A stretch of DNA of 64,000 nucleotides from an uncultured Oscillospiraceae bacterium (GCA_964490325.1 CAZBBX010000003.1:25381-89380), one strand, 5' to 3'; positions 1 to 8,122 are shown, counted from the first letter of the stretch. Notes: generated from the sequence alone by a model not told the origin. Program-made: numbers and translations.

Positions 1-1
1 C

Positions 2-271
2 ATTCGTCCCGCCAATCCGCGCACGGTGCTTGGCTACTACGAACCCGGGCATTACGCCTTCATCGCCGTGGAAGGCACCCGCACGGGCGGAAAATCGCTG
101 GGGCTGAGCCTTACCGAGCTGTCCAAGCTGTGCGAGAGCCTCGGCCTCAAGGCGGCATACAACATGGACGGCGGCGGCTCCACGACCCTGGTCTTCCACG
201 ATACGGTCTATGCGCACAACGGCCGCGCCACCAGCGACATCATCTACATTGCCGAACTGCCGACGGAATAG
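2..271 (+). CDS. phosphodiester glycosidase family protein (DUF2233/NAGPA-like), C-terminal fragment; 5' end outside window
   Basis: The frame is open to the window edge, and the ORF-track 'M' at 26 is a GTG. The sequence ...ANPRTVLGYY...AYNMDGGGSTTLVF is typical of this family's C-terminus. Stop at 269-271. Confidence 0.6.
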   Translation: MRPANPRTVLGYYEPGHYAFIAVEGTRTGGKSLGLSLTELSKLCESLGLKAAYNMDGGGSTTLVFHDTVYAHNGRATSDIIYIAELPTE

Positions 272-280
272 GAGGACGCT

Positions 281-547
281 ATGAAAAAAAGATTTTGGAA
301 CGATCTTGCCATCATTCTTGCTTCGCTGTGCATCATACTCGGCGGCGCATATACGCTGTTTAAGATCTTGGATGGCTTCAATCCCCTGTTGAATTTTCTG
401 ACCGCCGATAACTTCTTCACCAAGAACCTGTCCTTGATCGTGTCGATCCTCGCTTTTGTCGAGGGCATCGTGGTCACCATTTTGGTGGGCAGGCAGTGGA
501 ATCGGGAAGCACGGAAGAAAAAGCACGAGGAAATGCAGCATAAGTAG
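281..547 (+). CDS. small two-helix membrane protein, unknown function
   Basis: AGGAGG lies just upstream of the ATG. There are two hydrophobic segments (LAIILASLCIILGGAY and LSLIVSILAFVEGIVVTILV) and a basic tail. No family recognised. Confidence 0.55.
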   Translation: MKKRFWNDLAIILASLCIILGGAYTLFKILDGFNPLLNFLTADNFFTKNLSLIVSILAFVEGIVVTILVGRQWNREARKKKHEEMQHK

Positions 548-659
548 GGAAACCTACAACATTGCTCTTTGCGCTGCGCCGTAATTTTTATGGCGCAGCT
601 TGCTATTTTGGCGAAAAACATGTAAGCTATGTCTAACTGTTGATAAGGATGAGAGATCG

Positions 660-1901
660 ATGAGAAAACGGATCATTGCTTGGGTTTGTACCCTTACTTT
701 ACTTTTCGCATCGGCAGGCGCCGCAAACGCTGCGTATGCTGTGGGGGACGTTGACGGAAACGGCAGCGTCAATGCGGCTGATGCGGCAAGTCTGCTTCGC
801 TGTACCGTAAAGCTGGAGACTTTGAGTGAGGACGCCTTGCAGGCAGCGGACGTCGATGGGAACGGCAAGGCGGACGCCGCCGATGCGGCACTGATCCTGC
901 GCTGGCTGGTGCGCCTTTGTAATCTGGACGGCTCTACGCCGTATCAAGATCCCACGCCAAGTCCCGATGCGACAGCTGCGCCCACCCAAACGGCAGAGCC
1001 TTCCCATACACCCCTGCCAAGCGCAGGCACCCAAACAGGCACGCTTGACATATACCTTATCGACGTAGGCTTTGGCGACTGCATTCTGCTCACCTCGCCC
1101 CACGGAAAGACGATGCTTGTGGACGCAAGCAACCTTGGAACGAACGATCATGGCGTAGCCGCCAAGACGCAGATCACCGAGCTTTTAAGCACTTTGGGCA
1201 TCACGCACTTTGATCTGGGCGTGTATTCCCATGCGCATTCCGATCATGTCAACGGCTTTATGGGCTTCCTCACAACGGATTACGGCTACGATGCGTTCGC
1301 GTTTCCTTCCGTACACAGCACGGGAAGCAGCGGCACCTACTCAAACATCACGACCTACCTCCAACAGCAGTCCGCGCTGATGAACTTCACCCTGTATCCC
1401 GTCGACACCTCATCGGACGCCACGGTGTTCACAAGCTGGGACAGCGATGTACAGATCGACGTCCTTTGGCCGCCTGCAGGCTATGAGACCTCCGATCCAA
1501 ACGAGACCAGCCTTGTCTTGCGCTTGGAGTACGATGGGTACAGCATACTGCTGACCGGGGACATCACAAGGGATGTGGAGAGCGAGCTGCTGCAGCTGTA
1601 CGATGCGGACACACTGGATATCGATGTACTGAAGATTGCGCACCATACATCCAACGGCAGTACGAGCGCGGAGTTTTTGAAGGCGACCACGCCCATCCTT
1701 GCCGTGGCTTCCGTGACGCAGTACTCCTATAACTGGCCCGGTGCAAGCACCGTAAGCCGTTTGATGGATGCGCACCTGTACTGGAGCACGACACAGCGCC
1801 CCACAGGCGGTCTGTACGGCACCTGCTATCACGGCAACATCCATGTGCGCATCGACGAGTACGGCGTAATGGTCGAGACCGAGTACAGCTATGCGGGCTG
1901 A
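660..1901 (+). CDS. secreted dockerin-containing MBL-fold metallo-hydrolase (ComEC-type beta-lactamase domain)
   Basis: ATG at 660 gives the signal peptide MRKRIIAWVCTLTLLFASAGAANA. Two DVDGNG dockerin segments follow, then a Pro/Thr linker. The MBL core is LDIYLIDVGFGDCILL...HAHSDHVNGF...IAHHTSNGS. Confidence 0.8.
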   Translation: MRKRIIAWVCTLTLLFASAGAANAAYAVGDVDGNGSVNAADAASLLRCTVKLETLSEDALQAADVDGNGKADAADAALILRWLVRLCNLDGSTPYQDPTPSPDATAAPTQTAEPSHTPLPSAGTQTGTLDIYLIDVGFGDCILLTSPHGKTMLVDASNLGTNDHGVAAKTQITELLSTLGITHFDLGVYSHAHSDHVNGFMGFLTTDYGYDAFAFPSVHSTGSSGTYSNITTYLQQQSALMNFTLYPVDTSSDATVFTSWDSDVQIDVLWPPAGYETSDPNETSLVLRLEYDGYSILLTGDITRDVESELLQLYDADTLDIDVLKIAHHTSNGSTSAEFLKATTPILAVASVTQYSYNWPGASTVSRLMDAHLYWSTTQRPTGGLYGTCYHGNIHVRIDEYGVMVETEYSYAG

Positions 1902-1940
1902 CCCGCTAAAAAGCAATTTATAAAGGAACAAACAAAGAAG

Positions 1941-1964
1941 GGGCGGCCAAGTGCATGGCCGCCC
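1941..1964. terminator. hairpin between convergent genes (bidirectional terminator candidate)
   Basis: GGGCGGCCA / TGGCCGCCC form a 9-bp stem with a 6-nt loop. The minus-strand side is followed by a T-rich run (TTCTTTGTTTGTT); the plus side has a weaker T run. Confidence 0.5.
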
Positions 1965-1982
1965 GCTTACTGTACTTTTCCT

Positions 1983-3461
1983 TTATTCTACGGTTTCTTG
2001 CACTGCCTTTTCAACGTCCTCGGCCTTCAGACCGCTGACATTCAGGTTGCGGTTGACCTTAGCGTCATAGCTCCCTGCGCGAATGATCTCCGTCAGGTCG
2101 ATCCCCGTTGTCTCCTTCATGGAGGCAAACAGCTTTGCCATGACAGCAGGAACGTTGCCCGCAACGGCGTCCACACCGGTGGCGTCACCGCCGATGATGG
2201 TGATCTTGTCGATCTGCGTCAAAGGCTCGGCGATGCGTCCCGCGATGTCGGGCAGGACCTTGATGAGCATTTCCGCCATGGCGGCGTTGTTGTACTTTTG
2301 ATAAGCGACAGCCTTTTTCTCCATGGCGTCCGCTTCCGCAACGCCCTTGGCGCGGATGGCTTCCGCTTCGGCCTCGCCGACCTTGCGAATACCTTCGGCC
2401 TCCTGCTCACGCGTGAAGCGATCCGCTTCCGCACGGGAGCGCTGCGCCTCGGCCTGCTTTTCGACCTCGAACTTCTTGGCCTCGGCGTCCTTCTGCCGCT
2501 CATACAGATCGGCTTCGGCTTGCTGCTGCCTTGCAAAGCGGTCAGCCTCAGCCTTTTTACGGACCTGCGCGTCAAGGGACTGCTCCATGACCTCCGCTTC
2601 CCGCTGCTTGAGCAGGACGACCTTTTCTTCCTTGGCGATGTCCGCTTCCGCTGCGGTGACCTCGATGGTCTTGCGCTGCTCCTGCTGCTGGATGTCATAG
2701 GCGGCGTCGGCTTCGGCACGCTTGGCGTCGGCGTCCTTTTGCAGTGTGGATTTGCGAATGTCCAGCTCGTTGTTCTTGACGGCGATCTCACGCTCGGCGT
2801 TGATGCGCGCATCGTTGGACTGCCGATCCGCCTCCGCCTTTGCCACGGCGATCTCCTTTTCGGCTTCCGCCTTGGCGATCGCTGCCTTCTTTTTGATCTG
2901 GGAGATGTTGTCGATGCCCAGATCATCGATCACACCATTGTTGTCGGTGAAATTCTGCACGTTGAAGCTGATGATGTCCAGACCCATCGCGGCAAGGTCG
3001 GGCTCGGCGTTTTCCTTGACCAGCTCGGCAAATTTTTGCCGATCGCCAACCATCTCCTCCAAGCGCATGCGGCCGACGATCTCACGCATATTGCCCTCAA
3101 GCACCTCGCGGGCAACGCTTGCAACATAGTCGGTGTTTTGATTTAGGAAGTTCTCGGCGGCCTGCTGCAGCCGATCGGGCTTGGAGCTGATCTTGACATT
3201 GACGGCTGCGTCCACTTGGATGTTGATGTAGTCCGCCGTGGGAACGGAGGTGGCAGTCTTTACGTCGATGGGGATGAGCTTTAGGCTCAGCTTATCCAAG
3301 CGATCAAAGAAGGGGACCTTGATACTGGATCTGCCGACAATGATCTTCTTGCGAACGCCGGAGATGATATATGCGGTGTCAGGCGGCGCCTTGACATAGC
3401 CGATCGACAAGAGGATGATCAGAAGTATGGCAGCAGCGCCTCCGATAATGTACCCGATCAT
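1983..3461 (-). CDS. flotillin / SPFH (band 7) family protein, FloT/YuaG-like
   Basis: ATG at 3461 is preceded by AAAGGAGG. It has an N-terminal TM (MIGYIIGGAAAILLIILLSIGY), an SPFH core (REVLEGNMREIVGRMRLEEMVGDR...ISFNVQNF) and a long Ala/Glu/Lys-rich coiled-coil flotillin repeat region. Confidence 0.85.
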   Translation of the reverse strand: MIGYIIGGAAAILLIILLSIGYVKAPPDTAYIISGVRKKIIVGRSSIKVPFFDRLDKLSLKLIPIDVKTATSVPTADYINIQVDAAVNVKISSKPDRLQQAAENFLNQNTDYVASVAREVLEGNMREIVGRMRLEEMVGDRQKFAELVKENAEPDLAAMGLDIISFNVQNFTDNNGVIDDLGIDNISQIKKKAAIAKAEAEKEIAVAKAEADRQSNDARINAEREIAVKNNELDIRKSTLQKDADAKRAEADAAYDIQQQEQRKTIEVTAAEADIAKEEKVVLLKQREAEVMEQSLDAQVRKKAEADRFARQQQAEADLYERQKDAEAKKFEVEKQAEAQRSRAEADRFTREQEAEGIRKVGEAEAEAIRAKGVAEADAMEKKAVAYQKYNNAAMAEMLIKVLPDIAGRIAEPLTQIDKITIIGGDATGVDAVAGNVPAVMAKLFASMKETTGIDLTEIIRAGSYDAKVNRNLNVSGLKAEDVEKAVQETVE

Positions 3462-3521
3462 AAGAAAACCTCCTTTAATTTTGAAAATGAGGATAAGAAT
3501 TGATACCACTCTTACACAAAC

Positions 3522-3551
3522 AGTATAGCATTCAGACGTGAAACTTGTCAA
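3522..3551 (-). promoter_or_regulatory. sigma-A-type promoter for the flotillin gene
   Basis: The minus strand reads TTGACA-18 nt-TATACT, with TG one nucleotide upstream of the -10 (extended -10). Confidence 0.4.
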
Positions 3552-3596
3552 TCATTTGCCAAGGGCAAGATCGCAAAACAAGCGTCGCTGACGACA

Positions 3597-3630
3597 TAGT
3601 AAAAGCTGCCGCCGCAAAAGGGGCGGCAGT
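3597..3630 (-). terminator. terminator candidate after the Spo0A-C-like gene
   Basis: GCTGCCGCC / GGCGGCAGT form a stem with an 8-nt loop about 30 nt downstream of the stop at 3661, followed on the minus strand by TTTT. Confidence 0.4.
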
Positions 3631-3660
3631 TCGACAGCAAAAAGGGCGTCAAACATTCCC

Positions 3661-4461
3661 TCAATACGGCTCGCCGCGGGAATTGTCCGCCAAGGGCGAA
3701 AGAATGTTGGAACGCAGCCGTTCCGCAAGAATATAGATGAAGGCGGAGTTGGTCGGCCTTGCCCGAAGGTCGGCGCCGCAGCCGAAGTAATGACGAATGG
3801 TCTGCAGATTGGAGCGGCTCCAGGACAGGTCGATCACATGCCGCATGGCGCGCTCCGCGGTGATGGGGCTGATGCCGCAGGCGCGTGCGGCGGCAGGATA
3901 GATCTCCTTCATCATCGAAAGGCGTGTGCCGGAGACCGTAAGCGCCACAAGGCGAATGACCTCCTTTAGGGCATAGTAGCCTTGCAGATGCGGTTGGATG
4001 TTCATGGAAAGAAGGATCTCCGCGGCACGATGCTCCAACAGGGCGGAGGTCAGGGAAGGGCTGTTTTGAATACGGTTGCCAAGCAGCAGAACTTCCGTTA
4101 CAAAAACGTCCACAGGCGTTGAAAGCGAAAGAAACTGCAGCGCGGGAAAGCGTTCGCTGAGCCGTTGGATCCGTTCGCACAGAGCCGAGTTTGGCGCCAT
4201 GCCGCCTTCGTGCAGCACGATGACAAGAGGCATATAGTAGAGGGGCAAGGCAATAAAACGCTCGACCAGCGTCAAAAGATCCTTGGGACACGCGCTGATA
4301 TCGATCAGCACAAGGTCTGAGGGCTCATGGAGGAAAGCAGGAAGTAAACTGCCTTCATCGGTCAGTATCGGACGGCATACGACATCCGAGCAATCCGCCA
4401 GTGCATCCCTGTATGCACCTACTCTTCGAGTACAACGACTGAAGAACTGTATAGTACGCAT
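3661..4461 (-). CDS. Spo0A C-terminal-domain regulator with a degenerate receiver-like N-terminus (Spo0A paralogue, not canonical Spo0A)
   Basis: The C-terminus (ACGISPITAERAMRHVIDLSWSRSNLQTIRHYFG...RPTNSAFIYILAERL) matches the Spo0A DNA-binding domain signature. The N-terminal half keeps only DLVLIDIS and lacks the acidic DD pocket. ATG at 4461; the track start at 4476 is a GTG. Confidence 0.7.
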   Translation of the reverse strand: MRTIQFFSRCTRRVGAYRDALADCSDVVCRPILTDEGSLLPAFLHEPSDLVLIDISACPKDLLTLVERFIALPLYYMPLVIVLHEGGMAPNSALCERIQRLSERFPALQFLSLSTPVDVFVTEVLLLGNRIQNSPSLTSALLEHRAAEILLSMNIQPHLQGYYALKEVIRLVALTVSGTRLSMMKEIYPAAARACGISPITAERAMRHVIDLSWSRSNLQTIRHYFGCGADLRARPTNSAFIYILAERLRSNILSPLADNSRGEPY

Positions 4462-4775
4462 AAACCGCAACCTCACAACGGACAGTATTGCATTCTTAGG
4501 CTTCCTTTTTTAAAAGCTCCCTTACTATAGCAGAAAATGCAAGTTTTCGCAAGCATTCTTATGGCGAATTAAAGCGAAAATAGGAAAATTATGAACATAA
4601 ACACGAAGAAAGCACCGCTATCCTATTCGCATATATATGCATATCACATACATACATATATGATATATAATACCAGATAATTGATATAGTACAATTCTGT
4701 TCAAATTCAAACGATTTCTGCATTTTTTGACCCTTGTCGATAAAAATACTGTACAAATACAGTAAGGACAGTTTC
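4462..4775. promoter_or_regulatory. AT-rich divergent control region between the two regulator genes
   Basis: This roughly 300-bp stretch is far more AT-rich than its flanks. It contains the perfect palindrome GCATATATATGC (4629-4640) and a TA/CA alternating tract to about 4672. Confidence 0.5.
4747..4764 (+). promoter_or_regulatory. inverted repeat TACTGTA-N4-TACAGTA immediately upstream of the LytTR regulator RBS (operator candidate)
   Basis: A perfect 7-bp inverted repeat is followed by a further ACAGT copy (4768-4772). The AAGGA RBS and the ATG at 4776 come directly after. Confidence 0.4.
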
Positions 4776-5534
4776 ATGGATACACAGCAGGGGGGAAGCA
4801 ACGTGGCCAATGTATTACTCTGTGCAGAAGATCCTTTTCTCACATTATGGATCGACAAGGCTCTAAAGGAGCTGGATCCCGGCAGGATCAACATATGGGC
4901 TTTCAAAAACATGTTTGCCGCAAACGATTATCTGTCGGAGATCGCGTACGGGAATGTGGACATTCTCATCTTTGATCTGGACGACAAGGGTGAGAAGCGC
5001 GTGAATCCGCTTCGTGCAGTGATGGAAACAAAACGTAAGTTTCCGCTTCTGAAGATCATCCTTCTGTCTGCCCGTCTTGAGCTGGCAACGGATATCTTTG
5101 AAGCGGAGCCGTGCTACTTTTTGCTAAAGCCGCTTGAAAAGTCCTATCTGGCGCGTGCGATCCGCATGGCGCTCAAGCAGATCGAAGCGGACAAAAGCAA
5201 GGCGATCGCGCTGCCCACCAGAAAAGGGATCGCAAGGGTGCGCTATGACTGCATCAAGTATGTAGACTGCAAGGATCGCTGGCTGGTGGTGCATGAGCTG
5301 AGCGGGGATCACGAGATCAAAATGAAGATGAAGGAACTGGTCGCGTGTCTGCCGCCCCAGTTTTTGTGGTGCCACCAAAGCTTCCTTGTAAACATGGATC
5401 GGATCCATCTGCTGACCAAGGACGGCATCCGCCTGTACAGCGGGGAAAGCATACCCATCAGCAGAGCGCGCGTGGGCGAAGTTCGTAAACGCTTCCGCTC
5501 CTATTCCGCACAATTGCAGCCTTTCATCGAATGA
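4776..5534 (+). CDS. LytTR-family response regulator (orphan; no histidine kinase adjacent)
   Basis: The receiver domain has VLLCAEDPF...DILIFDLDD...LLSA...LLKP. The C-terminal LytTR domain is IARVRYDCIKYVDCKDRWLVVH...WCHQSFLVNMDRI...IPISRARV. The ATG at 4776 has an RBS; the track start at 4734 is a TTG. Confidence 0.8.
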   Translation: MDTQQGGSNVANVLLCAEDPFLTLWIDKALKELDPGRINIWAFKNMFAANDYLSEIAYGNVDILIFDLDDKGEKRVNPLRAVMETKRKFPLLKIILLSARLELATDIFEAEPCYFLLKPLEKSYLARAIRMALKQIEADKSKAIALPTRKGIARVRYDCIKYVDCKDRWLVVHELSGDHEIKMKMKELVACLPPQFLWCHQSFLVNMDRIHLLTKDGIRLYSGESIPISRARVGEVRKRFRSYSAQLQPFIE

Positions 5535-5650
5535 GTCTTCCTAAAGAGAAAAGCCGCTGCAAATACTGCACGAAAGATGACCAATCTTGCAAATCACGTG
5601 CAAAGAAAAGGAATATTTGGTAGTATTAAAAGCGGATATGGGAGGGGAAA

Positions 5651-5815
5651 ATGAACGGTATCGACATAGATATCCGTGAGGCAAATGAATATCAAAAGAT
5701 TTGTATAGAGGCATACGCAGCGGATCGGTATAACGGTATAAACGCGGCTTGTGCCTTTTGCGCATTTCCAAGGCTCCCTTTTCGATCCTGCCGCCGAGCG
5801 GCGCTGTGCCTATGA
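5651..5815 (+). CDS. candidate 54-codon upstream ORF (below ORF-track cutoff), stop overlaps next gene start (ATGA)
   Basis: GGGAGGGG lies 4-5 nt before the ATG at 5651. It translates to MNGIDIDIREANEYQKICIEAYAADRYNGINAACAFCAFPRLPFRSCRRAALCL. Its TGA at 5813-5815 overlaps the ATG at 5812 of a gene that has no SD of its own. Third-position GC is low, which counts against it being coding. Confidence 0.25.
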   Translation: MNGIDIDIREANEYQKICIEAYAADRYNGINAACAFCAFPRLPFRSCRRAALCL

Positions 5816-7308
5816 AAAGGCTGCTGCGTTTGATCGCCTGCCTGCTGCTTTGCGCTTTGCTGCTTGCAGCTGCCCCGCAAAGAAGCGCACAGTCGGAAGG
5901 CGCCGCGATCCAAGCGGCCGCGCAGAATATCCTGTGCGTCAAAGCGTATTGGAACAGAGTCACCATCTTGGAAGCCGGCATCAACAAGGAAAGGGCCTAT
6001 ACCTTGGGCGAGGGCTTCCTTGTTGGGTCGATCGAGGCCGCCGATGGGTCGACGCAGGCCGTGCTTGTAACGAACGCGCACTGCATACTTGACTCCACTG
6101 ACGATGCAGGCGCAGCGGACAGGGTCGTTGTCCTTGCAGCTGCTGCGGAGATCAACGCAAGCGTCGCATACAGAAACGAAGACTGCGACCTTGCGATCCT
6201 GTATTTGGACGCAGCCCTGCTTACGCAGGAAGCGCTGCCCCTGCGCAGGGAGGAAGCAGCGCCAAACGAGCCTGTATATGCGCTGAGCTTTGCGGCACAG
6301 GAGTCAGAATGGCATAAGGTCGGTATCCCGGTCACGGTACCCGAAACGGAGATCACGGAGGGCGTGATCGAAAGCCTGACGCAAGCGACCGCCGCAGGGT
6401 CGAGCACCGCGAGGAGCGTGGATGCATACCTGCACAGCGCCAAGCCCGCAGCGGACGGAGGCGGTCCTCTTTTAGACGCGCAGGGTGCGGTCATAGGAGT
6501 AAATTTCACTACGACGGACGGATCCGTTGCAGCGGTACGCATCCAAGAGCTTTGCAGCGCATTGGATGCACTCGGCGTTTCCTACACGACGGTGCAGCAG
6601 ACGGCAAGCCCGCCGATCCCCACGCAGGAGCCAACGCCGACAGCCGCCGAGCAGGCGGAGACGGACGCGCTCGATCAAATACCGACTGACCCTCCACAGC
6701 AGTCTGCCTCCTCGGCCGAGATGACGCAGCAAGCACCGCTGCAAAGCGCCGACGGCGATCCTGCGCAGGAGGATCCGCACAGCACGGTATTAGTGATCCT
6801 TGTTTGCATAGCGGCGCTGCTGGCGGGCTTAAGCGTGAGCCTTATCCTCCTTTGGCAGGCGGATAAAAAGCGGCGGAAGGCCTTGCCTTCGACACGGAAC
6901 GCCGTACAGGCCGACAAAAGCGTCATTCCCTGCGATAAGACAGAGGATCCGAGCAATATAGATCCATTGGATAAAGCGCAGGCACAGAGCGTTCCAAATG
7001 AGGAGGAACAAGCGGAAGCCTATCTGGAGCGCATAAGCACGGGAGAAAGGCTTCCGATCACGGACAGTCCGTTTCGGATCGGTCGTGCGCTCAAGCACAG
7101 TGGCCGCAAGGGGCAGGCAAACGCGGCGATCTACCGAAGCCGCGCAAGCATTACCTATCGGGAGGGAGAGTACCTCCTTTCCGACGGCAAGACCGCAGAC
7201 CATACCTGCGTCAATGAAAAGGAGATCCACGGCAGAACGGAGCTGCCGATCGTACAGGGAGACGTCATCCGCATTGCGGGGGAAGAGTTCATCTTTACCG
7301 TTCGATAG
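5812..7308 (+). CDS. membrane protein: secreted trypsin-fold (S1C-like, Ser->Gly) domain - TM - cytoplasmic FHA-like domain
   Basis: The signal peptide is MKRLLRLIACLLLCALLLAAA. His (VTNAHCI) and Asp (DCDLAILY) of the triad are present, but the GNSGGPL box reads DGGGPLLDAQGAVIGVN. A Pro/Gln linker, a TM (VLVILVCIAALLAGLSVSLILLW) and a C-terminal FHA-like segment (FRIGR...YRSRASITY...VNEKEI...FIFTV) follow. Confidence 0.75.
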   Translation: MKRLLRLIACLLLCALLLAAAPQRSAQSEGAAIQAAAQNILCVKAYWNRVTILEAGINKERAYTLGEGFLVGSIEAADGSTQAVLVTNAHCILDSTDDAGAADRVVVLAAAAEINASVAYRNEDCDLAILYLDAALLTQEALPLRREEAAPNEPVYALSFAAQESEWHKVGIPVTVPETEITEGVIESLTQATAAGSSTARSVDAYLHSAKPAADGGGPLLDAQGAVIGVNFTTTDGSVAAVRIQELCSALDALGVSYTTVQQTASPPIPTQEPTPTAAEQAETDALDQIPTDPPQQSASSAEMTQQAPLQSADGDPAQEDPHSTVLVILVCIAALLAGLSVSLILLWQADKKRRKALPSTRNAVQADKSVIPCDKTEDPSNIDPLDKAQAQSVPNEEEQAEAYLERISTGERLPITDSPFRIGRALKHSGRKGQANAAIYRSRASITYREGEYLLSDGKTADHTCVNEKEIHGRTELPIVQGDVIRIAGEEFIFTVR

Positions 7309-7344
7309 ATCGGCAGATCGAAACGGAGCAAGGGGGGAGCATAC

Positions 7345-8121
7345 ATGCGGTTTCTGTCGGCGGAGCATACAGATGTGGGGATCCGAAAGCAGGTCAATCA
7401 AGACGGTCTGCTGCTCAAGATCGTACAGTACGGCGATGAACAACTGGCGTTCGCGCTGCTTTGCGACGGTATGGGAGGTCTGTCCGATGGCGAGATCGCA
7501 AGCAACACCGTGCTTCGCGCCTTCCTCGATTGGTTCTCCGAAACGCTGCCTGCCATTTTGGAGGAGGGGCAGCTGACAAACGAGCGTATCAGCCGCGACT
7601 GGAGCCAAATCGCGCAAGCGCAGAACCAGCAGATCGGCCGTTATGCCGCGAAGCGCGGCATCCATATGGGAACGACGGCAACTGCGCTGCTGCTGGCCTT
7701 TGGCCACTACTATGTGATGAACGTGGGGGATACGCGGCTGTACCTGCTGCGCGACGGCGTGGAGCAGCTCACGGAGGATCAGACCTTTGTTGCAAGGGAG
7801 CTGGCGCAGGGCAGAATGACCAAGGAGCAGGCCGCTGCGGATCCAAGACGCAATGTGCTGCTGCAGTGCATCGGCGCATCCAACGAGGTAACTCCGGACT
7901 TTTTCTTCGGCGACTATCGGGAAGGCGACGCTTTTCTGCTGTGTACGGATGGCTTTCGGCATCTGTTGCGCAAGGAGGAGCTGCAACAAGCCTTTATGGG
8001 CGAAGACAGCAGCAGCGAGCAGAGCCTTAAGCAGCAGTGCGTAAGACTGACCGAGTTGAACAAGCAGCGCGGCGAGACCGACAACATAACGGCAGCGATC
8101 ATTAAGGCGGTGAGGGGCTGA
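7345..8121 (+). CDS. PP2C-family Ser/Thr protein phosphatase
   Basis: The motifs HTDVGIRKQVNQD, LLCDGMGG, NVGDTRLYL and GETDNITAAII are all present, and an RBS GGGGGAG lies upstream. Confidence 0.9.
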   Translation: MRFLSAEHTDVGIRKQVNQDGLLLKIVQYGDEQLAFALLCDGMGGLSDGEIASNTVLRAFLDWFSETLPAILEEGQLTNERISRDWSQIAQAQNQQIGRYAAKRGIHMGTTATALLLAFGHYYVMNVGDTRLYLLRDGVEQLTEDQTFVARELAQGRMTKEQAAADPRRNVLLQCIGASNEVTPDFFFGDYREGDAFLLCTDGFRHLLRKEELQQAFMGEDSSSEQSLKQQCVRLTELNKQRGETDNITAAIIKAVRG

Positions 8122-8122
8122 G

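Noticed and set aside
1998-3146. 382-aa plus-strand ORF plus nested 125-235-aa ORFs
   Set aside because: They are antisense to, or in alternative frames of, the flotillin coiled-coil region. The repetitive Ala/Glu/Lys codons keep several frames open.
4591-4680. 29-codon ORF (MNINTKKAPLSYSHIYAYHIHTYMIYNTR) upstream of the LytTR regulator, considered as an autoinducing-peptide precursor
   Set aside because: It lies inside the low-complexity TA/CA tract and has only a weak RBS. It has no double-glycine or AgrD-like features, and no processing or export genes are nearby. It cannot be supported from sequence alone.
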